29,193 bases of DNA from a virus (taxonomy: Duplodnaviria > Caudoviricetes). The DNA is taken from the IMG/VR virus record IMGVR_UViG_3300022670_000404, positions 1 to 29,193 of that record; one strand, 5' to 3'. Position numbers and translations under genes: made by a program. Of the stretch, positions 25,745-29,193 are shown in pieces; the stretch's first letter is position 1, and each line of letters starts with the position of its first letter. The notes under the pieces were generated by a model that was not told where the DNA came from, ran no database searches, and worked only from the letters and a program-made list of their open reading frames with translations.

Positions 25745-26125
25745 CTATTGCCTGATTAACAAATCAGGATATTTTTTGTAAAGATGATTTCGCCTCGAGT
25801 GAAACCGGGCTCGCAACGTCAAGACGATCCGCTCCTTAATTTCGAGCGTTTCTATAGTCGAAATCGTTGCGCTAATATTCTGCCGACTCATGCCATACAG
25901 GCTCTCGGCTCCCCCCTCTGTTAATCTTCGGTAGAAGTCAACGCGCTCTTTGCAGTCGTCACTCATCTCATATTTTCCTGACAATAAGTGTTGCCCGTGC
26001 ATACCTGTTTTATTCAGCAAGATGCCAATATCATTGCACGAAAAAAACATCTCTTTCTTCAAAGCAATGAGTTCTCGCCTCTCAACCGACGCACCTTTAA
26101 GTGGGTAATTAAACTTTATTTTCAT
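25745..26125 (-). CDS. Putative HTH (Cro/XRE-like) DNA-binding protein
   Basis: 'ELIALKKEMFFSCNDIGILLNKT....QHLLSG' has HTH-like spacing. ATG 26125 is preferred as the start. Confidence 0.45.
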   Translation of the reverse strand: MKIKFNYPLKGASVERRELIALKKEMFFSCNDIGILLNKTGMHGQHLLSGKYEMSDDCKERVDFYRRLTEGGAESLYGMSRQNISATISTIETLEIKERIVLTLRARFHSRRNHLYKKYPDLLIRQ

Positions 26126-27251
26126 TGCCAATATCCCGAACTATGATAATCAAGTCAAATATTTCATTCTTAGCTTTATTTGACGCGTAATTATCCCAAC
26201 CCCACGAAACGATAACTGGCTTCATAGCTGGTGAAAGAGGTATCCATAAGTCAAGCTGATTTTGTAGCCAAATCTTTCGTTTTAAAAACTTATCTGCTAA
26301 TGTGTCGCTCTCTTTATCGGCCGGCAATTCATTATCAGATAGCGCGGGCGATCCACCGTCCATAATCGTCATCGTGCCTTCAACCTCCCTAGCCGGGATT
26401 TCTACCTTTTGAGATAATTGGACATCTTTAACGCCATCAGCGCTTACATTCTCCGTCATAAATCTATCGGATTGCGCCTTTAAGTCCGCGTGGATTTCGT
26501 CACGCCCAGTATTTGGCTTGTTCCAATCTAAGTCAGACACCAGCCTTGTCTCCTTCCAATCTGAGTGGGCGCCCTTCTGGGGTAGCTCTGACAGCTCAGC
26601 CGCCATCCTGTCGGACTTGCTAGGGTATGATGTCTCGCCAGCCTCGAGTGCATGACGGGATTTGTTTTTATCAGAACTAATGCTTTCAAAGTCTCTCTCT
26701 TCTTCCGCCATTTTAATTCCTTTCAGCGCATCAGGGAAAGTGTCGCGCATACAAAACCCCCTAGCCCTAATTTGTAACATTCTTTTAGGAAACAGTTTCC
26801 AAGGCGATGGCTTCCCCGTGCGCGACACTTTACCCCATAGGCCAGCGCAACTTGCATCCTGTTGGCTAAATTTACTAGTGTGAGGGGTTTGGTTTTTTCT
26901 CGTAATCGTGCATATTGCCGTCATTGTCTCCTCATCAAGCGTTTCAACAATGTTTACAAATTCAGGGTGTGTTTTTACAAGAGCTAGCGCACTATCGCCC
27001 CACACAGTCGGCGATCCATTAATTGCAGCGATAGCTTGCACGGCTTGCATTGGCTTGAGTCCAATCTCCGCGCCAAGCTGCAATGCTATAAAAACATCAT
27101 TTGGCTTTCCAGCGTAAGCTTGAGGAACAAATCCGCTATCCGCAATTTTTTTAGACAGCGCTATCGCCTGTTCAACTGTTGCTGGCATTCCTCCAAAACT
27201 ATAAATTTGTTTAGGCTCAGCAATGGTTATCTCTGTTGTAGTTTCGTTCAT
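26109..27251 (-). CDS. RecT-family single-strand annealing protein
   Basis: 'SGFVPQAYAGKPNDV..ALQLGAEIGL.PMQAVQ.IA.INGSPTVWG' and 'SPWK.FPKRML..RA..F..RD.FPDALKG'. It lies near the YqaJ exonuclease. Confidence 0.88.
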   Translation of the reverse strand: MNETTTEITIAEPKQIYSFGGMPATVEQAIALSKKIADSGFVPQAYAGKPNDVFIALQLGAEIGLKPMQAVQAIAAINGSPTVWGDSALALVKTHPEFVNIVETLDEETMTAICTITRKNQTPHTSKFSQQDASCAGLWGKVSRTGKPSPWKLFPKRMLQIRARGFCMRDTFPDALKGIKMAEEERDFESISSDKNKSRHALEAGETSYPSKSDRMAAELSELPQKGAHSDWKETRLVSDLDWNKPNTGRDEIHADLKAQSDRFMTENVSADGVKDVQLSQKVEIPAREVEGTMTIMDGGSPALSDNELPADKESDTLADKFLKRKIWLQNQLDLWIPLSPAMKPVIVSWGWDNYASNKAKNEIFDLIIIVRDIGNENKV

Positions 27252-27416
27252 TTACTTTTCCTCTACTATATTTTGCAGTTCCAATAATGTGCCTAAAGTG
27301 TTTTCCATTTCTTTCCAAAATTCTATTTGTTTTTTACAAAACTCCATGCCTTCTAAAGGCATTTTGTAATTCTTTAAGCGATCTTTCATTTTCTTTAACT
27401 TTTCACTAGCTGTCAT
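27252..27416 (-). CDS. Small hypothetical protein (54 aa)
   Basis: MTASEKLKKM...IVEEK. Its stop abuts the RecT ATG and it has an ATGA overlap with the upstream ORF. Confidence 0.65.
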   Translation of the reverse strand: MTASEKLKKMKDRLKNYKMPLEGMEFCKKQIEFWKEMENTLGTLLELQNIVEEK

Positions 27417-27568
27417 TTTACTTCCCCCGCAATTTGTTTAATCTGATCCAACTTGTCTTGTGTCGACTTGACCCAATATGCCAAGTCGTCTACATTGCCA
27501 GTAAAGGGCTTATGGTTTGAGACAATCCCCCTGATCTGCTTGATGTTTTCCGCGTAGTTACTTTTCAT
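27413..27568 (-). CDS. Small hypothetical protein (51 aa)
   Basis: MKSNYAENIKQ...AGEVK. It has AGGAG upstream and is tightly packed with its neighbours. Confidence 0.65.
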   Translation of the reverse strand: MKSNYAENIKQIRGIVSNHKPFTGNVDDLAYWVKSTQDKLDQIKQIAGEVK

Positions 27569-27571
27569 TTT

Positions 27572-27859
27572 CTATTTTTCTCCTATGATTTTGTTGAGAT
27601 CGTCAAACATTCTTTGAACAAGGTCAACTTTTCTGATGCCAGGCATTCCGCTTAAATCAACAGCGTCTGATGTTTCCAAACATTGCTTTAAAATAGAAGC
27701 GTGATACTTCAAGGCCTCCCTAACTCTTTCTATCGTTTCTTGCGCTGTTTCACCAAAAATTTCAGCAAACTTTTGATTGAATAAGCGCGTTTCTTCCCAA
27801 CTTGCTTCGCTGCCATGCACAATATCTTTTAACTCTTCTAAACTTTTACTGTCAATCAT
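27572..27859 (-). CDS. Hypothetical protein
   Basis: A GGAGG RBS 9 nt before ATG 27859 favours this start over 27877. Confidence 0.65.
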   Translation of the reverse strand: MIDSKSLEELKDIVHGSEASWEETRLFNQKFAEIFGETAQETIERVREALKYHASILKQCLETSDAVDLSGMPGIRKVDLVQRMFDDLNKIIGEK

Positions 27860-27904
27860 TACTTCTTTCCTCCCCATATCATATATATTATTAAAATTAC
27901 CACA

Positions 27905-27933
27905 AATGTAGTGATGACTATATTTGCCGTCAA
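27905..27933 (-). promoter_or_regulatory. Sigma70-like promoter
   Basis: The minus strand reads TTGACG-N17-TACATT in the intergenic gap after yqaJ. Confidence 0.55.
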
Positions 27934-27940
27934 TAAAATG

Positions 27941-28825
27941 TTATTGATCATTTTTACTCCGATCAAAAAAATTAAACCTTCTGCCGCTCTTGTATTGTTC
28001 CCTTGTTACTAGAAACTTATCATTAACCAGCGTTAAGCCCTCTGCATCTCCCATCTGGTTTGCAAGCTTAACAATTAACTTGTCTTCCTTTTCCTTAATG
28101 ACTCTCGCTGATTTTTGATGAGCCAATCTGTCAAAGCGCATTAATTTTATTTGTATAACTAACTCAACCTCTTCACACGTTGCCATGCGTGACTTCTTCC
28201 GCACCCTATCCCAGCGTGATTGAATATCCCGCATAGTAGAAGCATCAGGCGGTATGTCCTGAAGAACGTTATACTCCCAGAAGTGTTTTAGCCGCTTAGT
28301 CATTGCTTCAATCATTTTGTGATTTCGATAAATCCTGTAATAGCGAATGTCTGTATTACCTATTAGCACAACAACATCCGTCCATCGTGTATCAGAAACG
28401 CTCATTTGTTGCTGGACTTGAGCGAGATAACAGACGGGGATATTATCCGATGACTCGTCCACATCCCAGTCATCGGACAAATAAGCACTTGCTGTCTTTA
28501 TTTCAACTAACCCATCAGAGTTGCCATTATAGCCTGGCACTACTCCATCAGGATGGGCGATCATATAATCATTTGAGTCATGCAGATACTTCGCGCCACG
28601 GACTACCTTATCGCCTGTTTTAGCTTCGTACTTATCGAGAAGCCATGGCTCAACTTGGTGCCCGTGTTCCGCTGCAATCTTTACCGCCTCTGATCTCTCA
28701 AGATACTTGCCTCGCGTCTTCTGCATCCATATATCATAGGGGCTATCGTATTTTGAATAGCCCAGGATTGCCCCGACTTCACTTGCGCCGATGATCTTAC
28801 GGCGCTCTGCCTGAGTCATATTCAT
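27941..28825 (-). CDS. YqaJ-like (lambda exo family) recombination exonuclease
   Basis: 'RRKIIGASEVGAILG.S.Y.SP..IW..K', 'AHPDG', 'VEIKTA' and 'YLAQVQQQM'. Confidence 0.93.
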   Translation of the reverse strand: MNMTQAERRKIIGASEVGAILGYSKYDSPYDIWMQKTRGKYLERSEAVKIAAEHGHQVEPWLLDKYEAKTGDKVVRGAKYLHDSNDYMIAHPDGVVPGYNGNSDGLVEIKTASAYLSDDWDVDESSDNIPVCYLAQVQQQMSVSDTRWTDVVVLIGNTDIRYYRIYRNHKMIEAMTKRLKHFWEYNVLQDIPPDASTMRDIQSRWDRVRKKSRMATCEEVELVIQIKLMRFDRLAHQKSARVIKEKEDKLIVKLANQMGDAEGLTLVNDKFLVTREQYKSGRRFNFFDRSKNDQ

Positions 28826-29109
28826 ATCGTCAACCTCTCCAGCTCATTAAACTTTTTAATCAGTGTAAGCTGTCTATCGGATAAATTTTGACACAACGCT
28901 TTGCTTCCCTCTAATCTTTCTCGTACCCCGTTAATTTCTAAACAAAACTCAGTGTGTTTAGCAATTTGCTTATCAAGTTTTTTCAGCTTATCTTTTAGTT
29001 CAATCTCTATTTTGTCTCGCGAAATTAACTCTATATCAAGTGCTTTTTGATAATCAGAAGTCACTTTATTTTTTAAAGATATTATTTCTTTTCTATACAG
29101 TGTATTCAC
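28822..29109 (-). CDS. Hypothetical coiled-coil protein
   Basis: GTG start, ATGA overlap with yqaJ and a heptad-like Leu/Lys/Glu pattern. Confidence 0.55.
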   Translation of the reverse strand: MNTLYRKEIISLKNKVTSDYQKALDIELISRDKIEIELKDKLKKLDKQIAKHTEFCLEINGVRERLEGSKALCQNLSDRQLTLIKKFNELERLTI

Positions 29110-29193
29110 AACACTTGCACTCTTTTCATTGTCTCTGTCATTTTAATTTCCCTCCACTGATCTTTTAAAATGAAAAGGAGTAATCTCATTTAT

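Overview
This window is a 29-kb segment of a tailed phage or prophage, most likely of a gamma-proteobacterial host (inferred from csrA, Zur-box-like operators, a parS-like site and a u-spanin). The + strand from 1 to 24.6 kb carries a virion operon. The head genes are HK97-type: portal end, MuF/gp7, prohead protease and major capsid, followed by three tandem mosaic paralogs of a Bbp16-like capsid cement protein. The head-tail joining genes are interrupted by an Ntn-hydrolase-like gene. A Mu-like contractile tail and baseplate follow, with a -1 frameshift chaperone, a short tail fibre, a 1024-aa multidomain appendage protein, an RyR-domain protein and a u-spanin. An AT-rich antisense cassette at 19.0-20.45 kb holds tRNA-Glu(TTC) and two paralogous secreted proteins. 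The - strand from 24.6 to 29.2 kb is an early/recombination region (YqaJ exonuclease, RecT-like annealase, HTH-like protein, CsrA, small ORFs). The most striking signal is the 15-bp palindrome TGTTATA-N-TATAACA, which recurs in five short intergenic gaps in front of virion genes and matches the core of the gamma-proteobacterial Zur (zinc uptake regulator) box. This suggests host zinc-sensing control of virion gene expression. All product calls come from motif recognition and synteny; no database searches were run.
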